Origin: a virus
Lineage: Duplodnaviria > Caudoviricetes
IMG/VR virus record: IMGVR_UViG_3300049846_002553
Location: 1-26,058 of that record
DNA: 26,058 nucleotides
Reading direction: 5' to 3' (one strand)
The notes beneath the pieces are model-generated. The model was given only the letters and a program-made list of their open reading frames with translations. It made no database searches and was not told the DNA's origin. The position numbers were made by a program, and so were the translations under genes. Positions 15,469 through 23,623 of this stretch are shown one piece after another. Each line of letters opens with the position of its first letter. The first letter of the stretch is position 1.

Positions 15469-16263
15469 TTAAGTATTTACAATATCATGAATTGTTTTCA
15501 GCGCATCCTTCTTCGTTCGCATAAGTTCGTTCATCACTCGCGCCAGTTGAATCGTCTGGTCGATTGCCACCATTGACGGCTGCCGAATCACTTCCGTCTC
15601 CTGCGTGTCGTAATTGCTCTTGTTCAGTTGCTCCATACGTTGCATGATAAGCTCCGCGGACCTGTCGATATAACTCATGTGAGTCGATATCACCTCTTTT
15701 ACAAGCGTCAATTGCTGTTTTGATTCCGATGAACGGGTCTCGCTTTCGACGATTCGTTTTGGCTCGCTCTTTGTGAGCGTCTCGATTCCTCTGATACCAT
15801 TGAACTTGGTATTCTCGTTTCTTTGCTCTGTACTCTGGATCATTGGCTTTTCTCCTGCGCTCCCTAGCGGCGCGTTTGGCGTTAAGTTTTGTTTTGTTTC
15901 TGTGGTAGTGGCGAGTGTAGTGTCCGAGTCGCTTATTCTTTTCCTTGATGCGTTCTCGTTCACTGGCTCGGAACTCTGGATTGGAGTGATACTTTTTGCG
16001 ATAGCGATCTGCTTCCCTCTCGCGGCGAATTCTCTCAGTCTCTTCTCGTGATCTTTTTTCGCTTGCTCTGGGGCGGCCTCGCTTGGGGAGAATGTTATCC
16101 CATCCCGTTGAAGTTGTTTCAATTTTTCTTTCCATAGTTTTTCATTCCCGGAAGACTTCACGAAATCCATGTCACAACCGCGTGAACAAAACTCCTGCTT
16201 ACTCGTTGGCAAGCAACGAAATACTCTCAAACATTTACGACACGGTCTCGCTTGTAATTCCAT
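15469..16263 (-). CDS. Hypothetical protein with N-terminal Cys4 zinc finger and helical C-terminus
   Basis: CRKC...FCSRGC; GAGGA SD; starts right after the upstream stop. Confidence 0.7.
   Translation of the reverse strand: MELQARPCRKCLRVFRCLPTSKQEFCSRGCDMDFVKSSGNEKLWKEKLKQLQRDGITFSPSEAAPEQAKKDHEKRLREFAARGKQIAIAKSITPIQSSEPVNENASRKRISDSDTTLATTTETKQNLTPNAPLGSAGEKPMIQSTEQRNENTKFNGIRGIETLTKSEPKRIVESETRSSESKQQLTLVKEVISTHMSYIDRSAELIMQRMEQLNKSNYDTQETEVIRQPSMVAIDQTIQLARVMNELMRTKKDALKTIHDIVNT
15485..16135 (-). CDS. Nested alternative-frame basic helical protein
   Basis: 216-codon open frame wholly inside 15469..16263; charged repeats (NPEFRASERER, DPEYRAKKREYQ..WYQRNRD) look like real phage protein sequence. 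Confidence 0.5.
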   Translation of the reverse strand: MERKIETTSTGWDNILPKRGRPRASEKRSREETERIRREREADRYRKKYHSNPEFRASERERIKEKNKRLGHYTRHYHRNKTKLNAKRAARERRRKANDPEYRAKKREYQVQWYQRNRDAHKERAKTNRRKRDPFIGIKTAIDACKRGDIDSHELYRQVRGAYHATYGATEQEQLRHAGDGSDSAAVNGGNRPDDSTGASDERTYANEEGCAENNS

Positions 16264-16611
16264 TCAATCCTCGCTGGCGTAGCACAGCTCTAAAATGTAT
16301 TTGCCGTTTTCTTCGGACGATTTTATTTTAGTCTTCTCTTTTGGCAAATGAAAATGCTGAACCAACTTCACATCATGATCAGTCTTTACTCCGAAGTCGA
16401 TCAAGTCCATCAAAGTATCAATTGTATTGCGAGTCTCCAACATCGTAAGATCCTCGAAAAGATGTGTCGTGATAAACAATTTATCGAATCTCGTCACTGG
16501 CAAGTTCAACGAATTGATGTACTCGGTGGCGTCAACAATCATGCCATCCTCAATAGCCTCCTCACGGGAATATACTGAGATCATATCCGCTTTGTCCCAA
16601 ATTGTTTCCAT
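16264..16611 (-). CDS. Hypothetical protein, DUF6573-like
   Basis: ISVYSREEAIEDGMIVD N-terminal motif and C-terminal ED; GGGAG SD. Confidence 0.65.
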   Translation of the reverse strand: METIWDKADMISVYSREEAIEDGMIVDATEYINSLNLPVTRFDKLFITTHLFEDLTMLETRNTIDTLMDLIDFGVKTDHDVKLVQHFHLPKEKTKIKSSEENGKYILELCYASED

Positions 16612-16798
16612 AGTTCTCCCTTTCTACTTTTTTTAACCAAATTCCCTTCCAAACTAATTCACGGCCATCATCCAACTGCAACCAAAGCATCCCTTGGATT
16701 CCTTTTCTCAATATTGTGCCTCGATGACCAATGCGACTATTGCGACTTTTGTTCTCGCCGATGATCTCAACGCGATCTCCGGTTTTAATCTTCTCCAT
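16562..16798 (-). CDS. Small SH3/KOW-like protein
   Basis: Likely start is ATG 16798 (MEKIKTGDRVEIIG...IGHRGTI), GAGG SD. Confidence 0.6.
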   Translation of the reverse strand: MEKIKTGDRVEIIGENKSRNSRIGHRGTILRKGIQGMLWLQLDDGRELVWKGIWLKKVERENYGNNLGQSGYDLSIFP

Positions 16799-17690
16799 AA
16801 AATTCCTCGTCGTAGAACGGCGGCTGAACATAAGCTGGAATCTCAGGATTTACAGCTCTCTCCTCGTAACAAGGCCAGATGTCACTCTTCATGCAATCGG
16901 CGTAAATCTTAGTCAGCTTCCGACGCCAAGCCTCTCCGACTTCCAAGTGATGCTCGCTCAGTGCGATGACGTTCAATCCGAATGGTGGATTCTTTTCGAT
17001 TGGAATGAAAGTGAACGAGTCGTGCTTATTGTGACCCATGAGTTTCGCGCAATGAGTGTAATGTGCAGATTGAAGCAAGTAGAAGTATCCACGTTCTGAA
17101 AAGATGTCATGAGTGAAAGAACTCACAGATGCATCTCTGGTGCTCTTAATATCAATGATGTATCCAAGTTCGTGAATAAAATCTGGGCGATATTGAAGTA
17201 TGACTCCTGTCTCAGGATCTTCCACCCATCCTGAAACTTCTCTCACTCCGTCACGCAACAAGCGCGAGGCCAACTTGTGACTGGCGATTGACTTGATCAT
17301 TCCAACAATCATGTCAGCATCGTCTTGCGATAAGATCATGGCATCAGGCTTTTGCTTTGAAAGCCATTCAGCTTTTTTCTCTTTGACCTCTTTGCAGTTT
17401 GGACTCGTCGTCAACTCGCCTTTCTGAGTTTTACCTTGAAAGATTGGTTCAACGATGTACGTCTCAAGGAACCGCTGAGGATTCTCGAATGCAAAGTGAA
17501 TCAACTTCCCTTGCCTAAGCGCCTCGGTCTCTTCCTTTGGATTATTGAGTGAGTGCTTTAAATGAGCAGGACTTTTTTTCAGTTCCTTCAAGTGCGATGA
17601 TCTCAACGCTCTAAGTGATTTACCGAATGAGTCATACTGCTCGTAAGATACTCCGAAATGTAACTTTCCTAATTCCATATTTTCCCTCAA
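16785..17690 (-). CDS. RecE/exonuclease VIII-like PD-(D/E)XK nuclease (DUF3799 type)
   Basis: SSHLK..KSPAH, GKLIH, EVSGW, RPDFI, IDIKST, Y.LQSAHY, IEKNPPF, WPCY. Confidence 0.85.
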   Translation of the reverse strand: MRENMELGKLHFGVSYEQYDSFGKSLRALRSSHLKELKKSPAHLKHSLNNPKEETEALRQGKLIHFAFENPQRFLETYIVEPIFQGKTQKGELTTSPNCKEVKEKKAEWLSKQKPDAMILSQDDADMIVGMIKSIASHKLASRLLRDGVREVSGWVEDPETGVILQYRPDFIHELGYIIDIKSTRDASVSSFTHDIFSERGYFYLLQSAHYTHCAKLMGHNKHDSFTFIPIEKNPPFGLNVIALSEHHLEVGEAWRRKLTKIYADCMKSDIWPCYEERAVNPEIPAYVQPPFYDEEFYGED

Positions 17691-17893
17691 TTACCCTGTT
17701 TTGTTTCTAGCAACTCCGCCTGCGTATTCATAGAAATCTCTTGTAGTTGTGATTCTTTTATCATCATTCGGCCTTCCGGCAATTGCAAAATCCATTGTTC
17801 TTCTTCTTTGTCGAAGGAAACTAAAACGCCGATGCGCTTCAGGTATTGTTTGTCTTCGTGCTTGACGATCACGACTGCTTGGTTCGGTTTCAT
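17687..17893 (-). CDS. Small SH3-like hypothetical protein
   Basis: 68 aa beta-rich; coupled to the nuclease gene. Confidence 0.6.
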   Translation of the reverse strand: MKPNQAVVIVKHEDKQYLKRIGVLVSFDKEEEQWILQLPEGRMMIKESQLQEISMNTQAELLETKQGN

Positions 17894-17896
17894 TTT

Positions 17897-18589
17897 TCAA
17901 CTTCCCTTACTCTTCAAACTATCCAACAGTAGTTTGATATTTGTTCTGTTCTTCTCCATCTGCTCCTCGCTCACTTGCTCTTCTTGCTCAGAATTTGGCG
18001 CAGCGATTTGCAACCTAGTCGATCCTTCAAGTTCAAGTTTTCTCTGCAACGGTTCCGTCAACTGCAGGTGAGGCACCCAATCCAAAGCGGCGGAAACTGT
18101 GATTCTGTTTTTATCTATCGCGTCCAGAACCGCCTTCTCTCTTCCCAGCATATCGAAACCCAAAGAAGCAAACCATTTCGCTTTTTTACCGGCACGCTTG
18201 GCCTCGGATACAGCGGTTTCGTAAGCGGCGTTGAAAGCCAATCTAGCTCCGTGAAAATCACCTGCGTCCAGAAGCGATCTACAAGCTCCCAAAGCAATTG
18301 CGCCTTCGTCCGTGACTACAGCGGAATCGGCCTCACTACGAGGAAGCAGGGCAAACATTTCCTCAGCGCTAGGGAAACCGCTCATGTGATCTTTCAAATC
18401 CGCTGGCATCGGCATCCTGGTGCGACCAGCTTCATTGCGAAAATGTTTCTGTGCTTCGTAAATCTCTTCCGGGACGAACCCTTGAAGTTGCTCCGCAAAC
18501 GCGTTCACCCTTCCTTCGGTCATCGGAGCGTTCCAAAAGTCAGCGTCGTTCACTATCAGCTTTTTTATCGCCTTTAGATTATCGATCAT
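17897..18589 (-). CDS. Putative helicase loader/inhibitor-type replication protein
   Basis: ATGA-coupled downstream of the initiator; helical N-terminus ending RMPMPADL, as seen in lambda-P-position phage proteins. Confidence 0.5.
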   Translation of the reverse strand: MIDNLKAIKKLIVNDADFWNAPMTEGRVNAFAEQLQGFVPEEIYEAQKHFRNEAGRTRMPMPADLKDHMSGFPSAEEMFALLPRSEADSAVVTDEGAIALGACRSLLDAGDFHGARLAFNAAYETAVSEAKRAGKKAKWFASLGFDMLGREKAVLDAIDKNRITVSAALDWVPHLQLTEPLQRKLELEGSTRLQIAAPNSEQEEQVSEEQMEKNRTNIKLLLDSLKSKGS

Positions 18590-19440
18590 AATTCTCCTCG
18601 GTCTATTTTTTCTCGCATTTCCTGAAGAGCGTCCGAGTTCTTCTGGGCATGTGTTCTGTGTTTAGACTGGAGTCCTTTCCTGTATTCCTCGAAGGCTCTA
18701 TTGAGCCAGTTGTTCATGAACTTTCCAAAATCCTTTGGTGCCTTATGATAATTTGTCTCACACCACGCGTGGGCTTTTCTAACCTCGAAACATATCCAAC
18801 TCGAGTTCGGGTACGCCCCTAGCCAAGCTTGCTGAGCCCTGTGCGTTACATCCTGAAGCCTGGTCCTGCAAATATCATCAACGTCAAACTCAAGGATGGG
18901 ACCACGAGGTTGAGCTTTGCTCGACCGAGTGGAAATATCTCTTCCGGTTTTTTTCGCCTCGGTGCTTATTATATTTATTTCTTGAGATTGAGTTGGAGCT
19001 TGAGAATGAGTATGAGAAAGAGAAGGAACAAGAGAAGGAGAAGGAGAAGGAGAAGGAGAAGGAGAAGGAGGCTTCGCCCCGCTATCCTCCGCTAAGCGAC
19101 CGCTATGTTCCGCTTCCCTTGGTTTACGTTTATTTCGAGATAGGCCTCCTTTGCGCCCTGCTTCCACCCTTTGCTCCAGCCAAGCAAAGGCTTTCTTTGA
19201 ACCTTTTACGTATACAGATCCGTCGTTTCTGAGGTTTGCGAATTCAACCTCTATCAAAATGTCCAGGTCGCTAGGCCATGCTTTTTTAGGAACAGCCCCG
19301 AACTCAAGCCAGTTTTGCTGAGCCAAAACCCAGGCATCAGCCAATAATCCAAGAGCCTTATGTCGGCATCCGGTTTTTATCAAAAGTTTTAACCATCTTT
19401 GGTCTCTGAATAATTTGTCCTCAATATTGATCCTCGACAT
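18586..19440 (-). CDS. Putative replication initiator protein
   Basis: N-terminal domain ending RVEAGRKGG, (SP)n low-complexity linker, C-terminal KDFGKFMNNWLNR; internal iteron-like repeats; GAGGGG SD. Confidence 0.75.
   Translation of the reverse strand: MSRINIEDKLFRDQRWLKLLIKTGCRHKALGLLADAWVLAQQNWLEFGAVPKKAWPSDLDILIEVEFANLRNDGSVYVKGSKKAFAWLEQRVEAGRKGGLSRNKRKPREAEHSGRLAEDSGAKPPSPSPSPSPSPSLVPSLSHTHSQAPTQSQEINIISTEAKKTGRDISTRSSKAQPRGPILEFDVDDICRTRLQDVTHRAQQAWLGAYPNSSWICFEVRKAHAWCETNYHKAPKDFGKFMNNWLNRAFEEYRKGLQSKHRTHAQKNSDALQEMREKIDRGEL
19033..19070. repeat. (AGAAGG)n hexamer run encoding the Ser-Pro linker
   Basis: About six consecutive copies. Confidence 0.85.
19079..19115. promoter_or_regulatory. 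Iteron-like repeats, candidate replication origin
   Basis: CCGCTA at 19079, 19089 and 19100, CCGCTT at 19110 (10-11 bp phasing), inside the initiator gene. Confidence 0.55.
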
Positions 19441-19631
19441 AATTCCCCTCTTTATGTTTTTAGATTGTTGATTTCATGAGCTGACGAAGGTAAGCGGCCG
19501 CTAGCCACCGCTATGCCTCGCTGAGCGTTCGATTTGAAACGGTTGCGTAAATAACAAACCATCAATCATTCCCCTCCGAATGACAGTGAATTTTACTTGA
19601 CCGATTGTCGTGATTGAGTGATTTTCGGAAT

Positions 19632-19703
19632 CGCTCGATTGCGCATACAATCGGGCAAACTCGCAAGAGTTAAAAGAGGCCGGGGAAACCCGGTCTTTTT
19701 TTT
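19632..19703 (+). ncRNA. Candidate antisense sRNA with three hairpins
   Basis: Stems at 19633-19656, 19658-19671 (GCAA loop) and 19678-19695 (GAAA loop) then T8; upstream TTGACC-17 bp-GATTTT. Confidence 0.5.
19672..19703 (+). terminator. Intrinsic terminator (possibly bidirectional)
   Basis: AAAAGA-GGCCGGG-GAAA-CCCGGTC-TTTTTTTT. Confidence 0.8.
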
Positions 19704-19819
19704 CCCCTAAACAAAGTTTGGTAACAGAAGTTTTTGCGCGAACCAGACGAAAAGAAAAACGAAAACGCCTCGCGTCTGCCCCAAACAATATCCAGCTGCT
19801 TCGCGTCTCGCCTATAAAA

Positions 19820-20569
19820 CTAGCTCTTTTTGCCTGTCAACCGGGTCCAGTGGATCTTGACGTCCGTTCGGCCATCTTTTTTCACGTGCATTTCGCATAT
19901 ACCAGGCCATAGGCGAATCATATTCTGGGACCAAGCCATTTCCTTCCCTGCCAGATAATCGTCCTGCAGACCGCCTTTATTGGAGCCGTTCTTGGGCACA
20001 GAGAATGAAGTCCATGACGAACGGGCCGAGTTATATCCTAGCGCGAGGCACTGTAAGACAAAGTCCCGGTCCTCTTTGCAATCAGGCCGGTAATTTAAAG
20101 GTCTGGTCAGTTCAATATTGAGAAACGCCGCAACGTCGCAATACGAGTTTTTCACAAACGGCTTTTTGGCAGCCCAGGCGTACTGCTGATATTCCATGGC
20201 TCCGATGGCCAGGTTCGGAATTGACTTCAGGCAAGCCTCGGCCTGGAAAATGACTTGCGCAGGACCTGCCTTGATGGTCTTGCTGTTTTCCGTAAGGTGA
20301 AATGATTTAATGTCGTCATCCATCATCCAAATCCACTTGAGCTCTTTACCGCGCGCGACTTCCAATATTTGGTTCCGAACGTAGGTCACGCCCTTGTCAT
20401 TTTCTGGAATGATCAAAAATGGAAAATTGGGAAATTCCGCCTGATATTCTTCGTACTCCTGAGGCTCCACCACCAGAGTGAACGGCACTCCATCACTATT
20501 CAGAAGGTGTGGTGTCGAGCACGTCTTCGCCCTCTTCTTGGTCGCTATGAATATTGGACTGGTCATCAT
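19820..20569 (-). CDS. TET-associated GT-A fold glycosyltransferase
   Basis: LVVEPQEY..Y, G..YVRNQIL, WMMDDD (DxD), KEDRDF.LQ.L..G, NKGG. Likely start MMTSPIFIAT at 20569, overlapping the TET gene 3' end. Confidence 0.8.
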   Translation of the reverse strand: MMTSPIFIATKKRAKTCSTPHLLNSDGVPFTLVVEPQEYEEYQAEFPNFPFLIIPENDKGVTYVRNQILEVARGKELKWIWMMDDDIKSFHLTENSKTIKAGPAQVIFQAEACLKSIPNLAIGAMEYQQYAWAAKKPFVKNSYCDVAAFLNIELTRPLNYRPDCKEDRDFVLQCLALGYNSARSSWTSFSVPKNGSNKGGLQDDYLAGKEMAWSQNMIRLWPGICEMHVKKDGRTDVKIHWTRLTGKKS

Positions 20570-21425
20570 TTTTCTTCCTTCGCTTGATGGTGTGCAGGTG
20601 CTCACCTTGTTTACGGTTCTTCACGCGATCGAGTTCTTCCGGAGCCGAAAGGCATTCCTGAATTTTTTCTCTGAAGTAAAAAACCACCGAGCATCGAATC
20701 GCGTCCGGCGTGATCTTCACCAACGGTGTATTCCCGTGGATCTCGTGAGGATTGAAAATGATCAGGTCCAAATTGTCCAACTTGACCGCGGCTTTGTATT
20801 CAGGGAAGCAAAGATTTGCGCCCACCCACTTGCCTTGTCGGAACACGGCCATGCAGCTGATGCCCTCTGGTAAGTTGCCAGCGTCTTTGTGATAAGCCGT
20901 GCGGAAGTTTCTGTTTACGGTCAACGTCGAGAACATCGTGCCCTCGATAACAAAATCTTTGTGCGCCTTCATCGCGAAGGCTTTTTGAATTTCGTAATGG
21001 TGCGGATCGGTTTCACGGAACTTACGGTCCACTTCTTTGATCATCGGAAACAACTTTGACCACTTGTCCGGTTGTTTCAGGTTCCAAGAACAGGCTCGGC
21101 AAAAAGGCATTCGCGAAGTCCGCTCGTAGTAACCAATAATTCCAGATTCAACTTCCTGGGCCACGTATTGGTTGTTGCGGAAATATCTCTCTTCACCGGA
21201 GGCAATTCCTCGGTTGTTTGTCGTGATCGGCATGTCACGTAGAGACGGCCAAGCCAGTGCTGCATTTTCAGGGGAGAGGGCTTTTTTAAGCAAAATGCAT
21301 AGGATTGAACCGTCTGCGCGGAGCAGGGTCACATCTTCTTCGAAGAGAACGTCGTAATCCTTCTCGGTGGCTTTTTTACCGAGCCAAGGGTCATTATTTT
21401 TCTTTGAGACCGTTAAATGCTTCAT
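20496..21425 (-). CDS. TET/JBP-family 2OG-Fe(II) dioxygenase (5-methylpyrimidine dioxygenase)
   Basis: SGIIGYYER..R.PFCR, FSTLTVNRNFRTAYHKDAGN (HxD), HEIHGNT (distal His), RCSVVFYFRE (2OG-binding Arg). Confidence 0.9.
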   Translation of the reverse strand: MKHLTVSKKNNDPWLGKKATEKDYDVLFEEDVTLLRADGSILCILLKKALSPENAALAWPSLRDMPITTNNRGIASGEERYFRNNQYVAQEVESGIIGYYERTSRMPFCRACSWNLKQPDKWSKLFPMIKEVDRKFRETDPHHYEIQKAFAMKAHKDFVIEGTMFSTLTVNRNFRTAYHKDAGNLPEGISCMAVFRQGKWVGANLCFPEYKAAVKLDNLDLIIFNPHEIHGNTPLVKITPDAIRCSVVFYFREKIQECLSAPEELDRVKNRKQGEHLHTIKRRKKNDDQSNIHSDQEEGEDVLDTTPSE

Positions 21426-22091
21426 GGACTGCCCTCACCACCGTGTCTGTCAGGTTGATTGTTCCCCAAACTTCTTGCAGCTTCACGCTCATGCGTAAAA
21501 ATTCAGGGTGCGTTTTTCCGTTGAGAAATAATTGAACCATGCGCACCTGCGCTTCGAGGTCTTTATCATCCAAACTTCCGTCGGACAATCCCCTCTCGTG
21601 GCCAGCCACTTGAACCGTGGTGACGTCGGTCTCGACAACAGACATTTGCTCCATAAGGAAATTTAAATCCACACCTGGAAAATTGAAGGAGGTTGCGAGC
21701 TCTTCGAAGTCGATAGAGTTGTCCGATGAACTTTAAAAATCCTTCAGCATTATAATCGCCGTATTGAGAGGCCGCTGCTAATAGCTTGTGCTTGGCATGT
21801 TCGTAATCCGTGGCCTCGACAAAAACTACTGGCACTTGCGGAATGCTGTAGCCTTCTTTTTTCATTCGGTTGAGTGTTTCGAATCTTTGGTGACCGTCGA
21901 GAATGTAAATTTTACCGTCGCCCTTGTTTTCCCAAACCGCAATTGGGGTAGGAAAAACCGTCCTTTAAAATCTCCTTTTTAAGCTTCTCAAAGTTGTCGG
22001 TGGAAAGGGTTTTAAGCTCACCCTGCATTGGGTTTAAAAGGTTAAGGGCAAGCGCACCAGCGCCCTGGCATTCAATCTTAACGGTTTCCAT
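21394..22091 (-). pseudogene. ParB/Srx-like N-terminal domain protein split by two frameshifts
   Basis: ATG 22091 with GGAGG SD: METVKIECQG...FEKLKKEILKDGFSYP / IAVWENKGDGKIYILDGHQRFETL...FLKF / SDNSIDFEEL...NGLKEK. Shifts near 21945-21948 and about 21727. Confidence 0.75.
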
Positions 22092-22111
22092 GATTCCTCC
22101 AATTTGATTTG

Positions 22112-22140
22112 ACGCTAGAACAAATAAAACTGAGTTGCAA
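22112..22140 (-). promoter_or_regulatory. Sigma70-like promoter for the ParB-TET-GT operon
   Basis: TTGCAA-17 bp-TAGCGT just upstream of the GGAGG SD. Confidence 0.5.
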
Positions 22141-22231
22141 GTCGTATCAATGCGAACCGGAAATGTTTAATGACCTTGTGTTTTATCATTCTAACAGGCA
22201 TGATAGTTATATAATAGCGGAGGAAAATACC

Positions 22232-22387
22232 GTGCGGGAACGAGTGAAAATGCTGGATTGGTTTTATAGCCTCGCGCCAGCCAACATCTTGATGTTCCCT
22301 TTCTTCAAAGTCGTGGAAGACACGATGATACGGGTGGACCTTATTGGGTCCTCACGTGACCTATATTGGGCGAGTAATTGTTTGTGA
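22232..22387 (+). CDS. Small hypothetical protein
   Basis: Track ORF 22109..22387; better start is GTG 22232 after GGAGG, with TATAAT at 22210. Confidence 0.45.
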   Translation: MRERVKMLDWFYSLAPANILMFPFFKVVEDTMIRVDLIGSSRDLYWASNCL

Positions 22388-22425
22388 TCATAACGGAATG
22401 GTCCGTTTTTTAGGGAGGTTATAAA

Positions 22426-22644
22426 TTGAAACCATTAACACCAGGGGAGCAATTTCAACTGCAACTGGATGTCCAGAATTTGAAAGTCGCGTGCGAAGAG
22501 ATGAAGAAGGAAGTCGAAGTGCTTAGTGGAATTTACCAGCAGCTTCGCAACGGTATTTTATCTATCAGCACGTCGGTTGAATCTCATCATGAATTATTAA
22601 AAATCGTAGTGGAGAAGATCAATGGATCGAATGGCAAAGTTTAA
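22426..22644 (+). CDS. Small coiled-coil protein
   Basis: TTG start after GGGAGG; heptad pattern. Confidence 0.65.
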   Translation: MKPLTPGEQFQLQLDVQNLKVACEEMKKEVEVLSGIYQQLRNGILSISTSVESHHELLKIVVEKINGSNGKV

Positions 22645-22879
22645 AAAACTGGATGAGCACCCGATGCTCGGCAAGGACTACAAAAAACTTGCGCCATTGG
22701 AACTAGCGTTTTGCCAGTCATTCATCAGCGACACGAGCAACATGACCGACGATGAATTCGCGCACAAGGTGAACCGTCTCGGGCTGGCTGGAGAGTTGGA
22801 GAATTTTAAAAACAAAAGCTTGATCTGGGCGCTGCTCAGTCAATCTATCGAAACCGTAAAGCGAAACCGAAGGAGTTAA
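22622..22879 (+). CDS. Hypothetical protein
   Basis: 85 aa; GGAG upstream; in a chain of plus-strand ORFs. Confidence 0.65.
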   Translation: MDRMAKFKKLDEHPMLGKDYKKLAPLELAFCQSFISDTSNMTDDEFAHKVNRLGLAGELENFKNKSLIWALLSQSIETVKRNRRS

Positions 22880-22881
22880 AA

Positions 22882-23091
22882 ATGTCTACCGTAACGAACG
22901 AAGAAATGGACAGTTTTATCGCGGAAGTTCGTAGCCGCAACAGTTGCAAGCTGTCTCAGAATATCATCGACGACATATTTGCAGACCTGGACAACTGCAC
23001 TTTCGACAACAAGCCGCTCGACCGCGAGACCCTGAACGTTGTCGTCCACAAGAACATCGTGAAGGAAAACCTAAGGAAGAATCTAAAATGA
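22882..23091 (+). CDS. Hypothetical protein
   Basis: AAGGAG SD; ATGA coupling downstream. Confidence 0.7.
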   Translation: MSTVTNEEMDSFIAEVRSRNSCKLSQNIIDDIFADLDNCTFDNKPLDRETLNVVVHKNIVKENLRKNLK

Positions 23092-23396
23092 GCTACGAGT
23101 ACAGTTTCCAATATCACGATGACGAGAACTGCGAGGACTACGAAGTGTTCGTGAACCTGCGCAACCACCATGAGCCGAACTATGGTGCCGACGCTGACGG
23201 CAACCGCGGACGTCCCGCCGACTTCGTGGAAGTGGAGGAATTCATTGTTTACCACAACGACCAAGAGGTGAAGGACCAACTCTTGTGCCGTCGTGCCGAG
23301 CGGTACTTCGATAAAATGCACCGCGATCAGGCCGTTGAGGAATGCGCGCAGGCCTACCATGAACCCCTTGAAAAAGAGTATGATGAATTCGATTGA
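23088..23396 (+). CDS. Acidic hypothetical phage protein (YGADADGNRG motif)
   Basis: Track ORF 22944..23396; likely start is ATG 23088 via ATGA overlap. Confidence 0.7.
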   Translation: MSYEYSFQYHDDENCEDYEVFVNLRNHHEPNYGADADGNRGRPADFVEVEEFIVYHNDQEVKDQLLCRRAERYFDKMHRDQAVEECAQAYHEPLEKEYDEFD

Positions 23397-23428
23397 CAAT
23401 TTTCATTATCGTAAAGGATTGTAAAGCA

Positions 23429-23623
23429 ATGAAAAACTCCGCCGTGAAAACAATTGATGATTATCTGCCGAAAAAAGATTCCGAGAAGGTACTGATCCAG
23501 GCCAAGGTCCCAAGCGATCTTCATGCGCGCGTAAAAAAGGCCATGGACGCCGACGACATCACCTGGCAGGAGCTTATCGTCGCTTCGCTGGAACGGTACC
23601 TGGATGAACGGAAAGGGACGTAA
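23429..23623 (+). CDS. Ribbon-helix-helix (Arc/CopG-like) regulator
   Basis: KVLIQAKVP (strand), SDLHARVKKAM and ITWQELIVASLERYL (helices); likely start ATG 23429. Confidence 0.7.
   Translation: MKNSAVKTIDDYLPKKDSEKVLIQAKVPSDLHARVKKAMDADDITWQELIVASLERYLDERKGT

Noticed and set aside
14988-15524. Alternative-frame ORFs (AQTFE, LEGLR and KVCAS repeats)
   Set aside because: Shadows of the stop-free 15-bp repeat.
18829-19232. Plus-strand poly-Arg and (EK)n ORFs
   Set aside because: Antisense readings of the AGAAGG run in the initiator linker.
19501-19788. 95-aa minus-strand ORF
   Set aside because: TTG start without SD and it crosses a terminator and hairpins; only the last 22 codons have an SD-led ATG.
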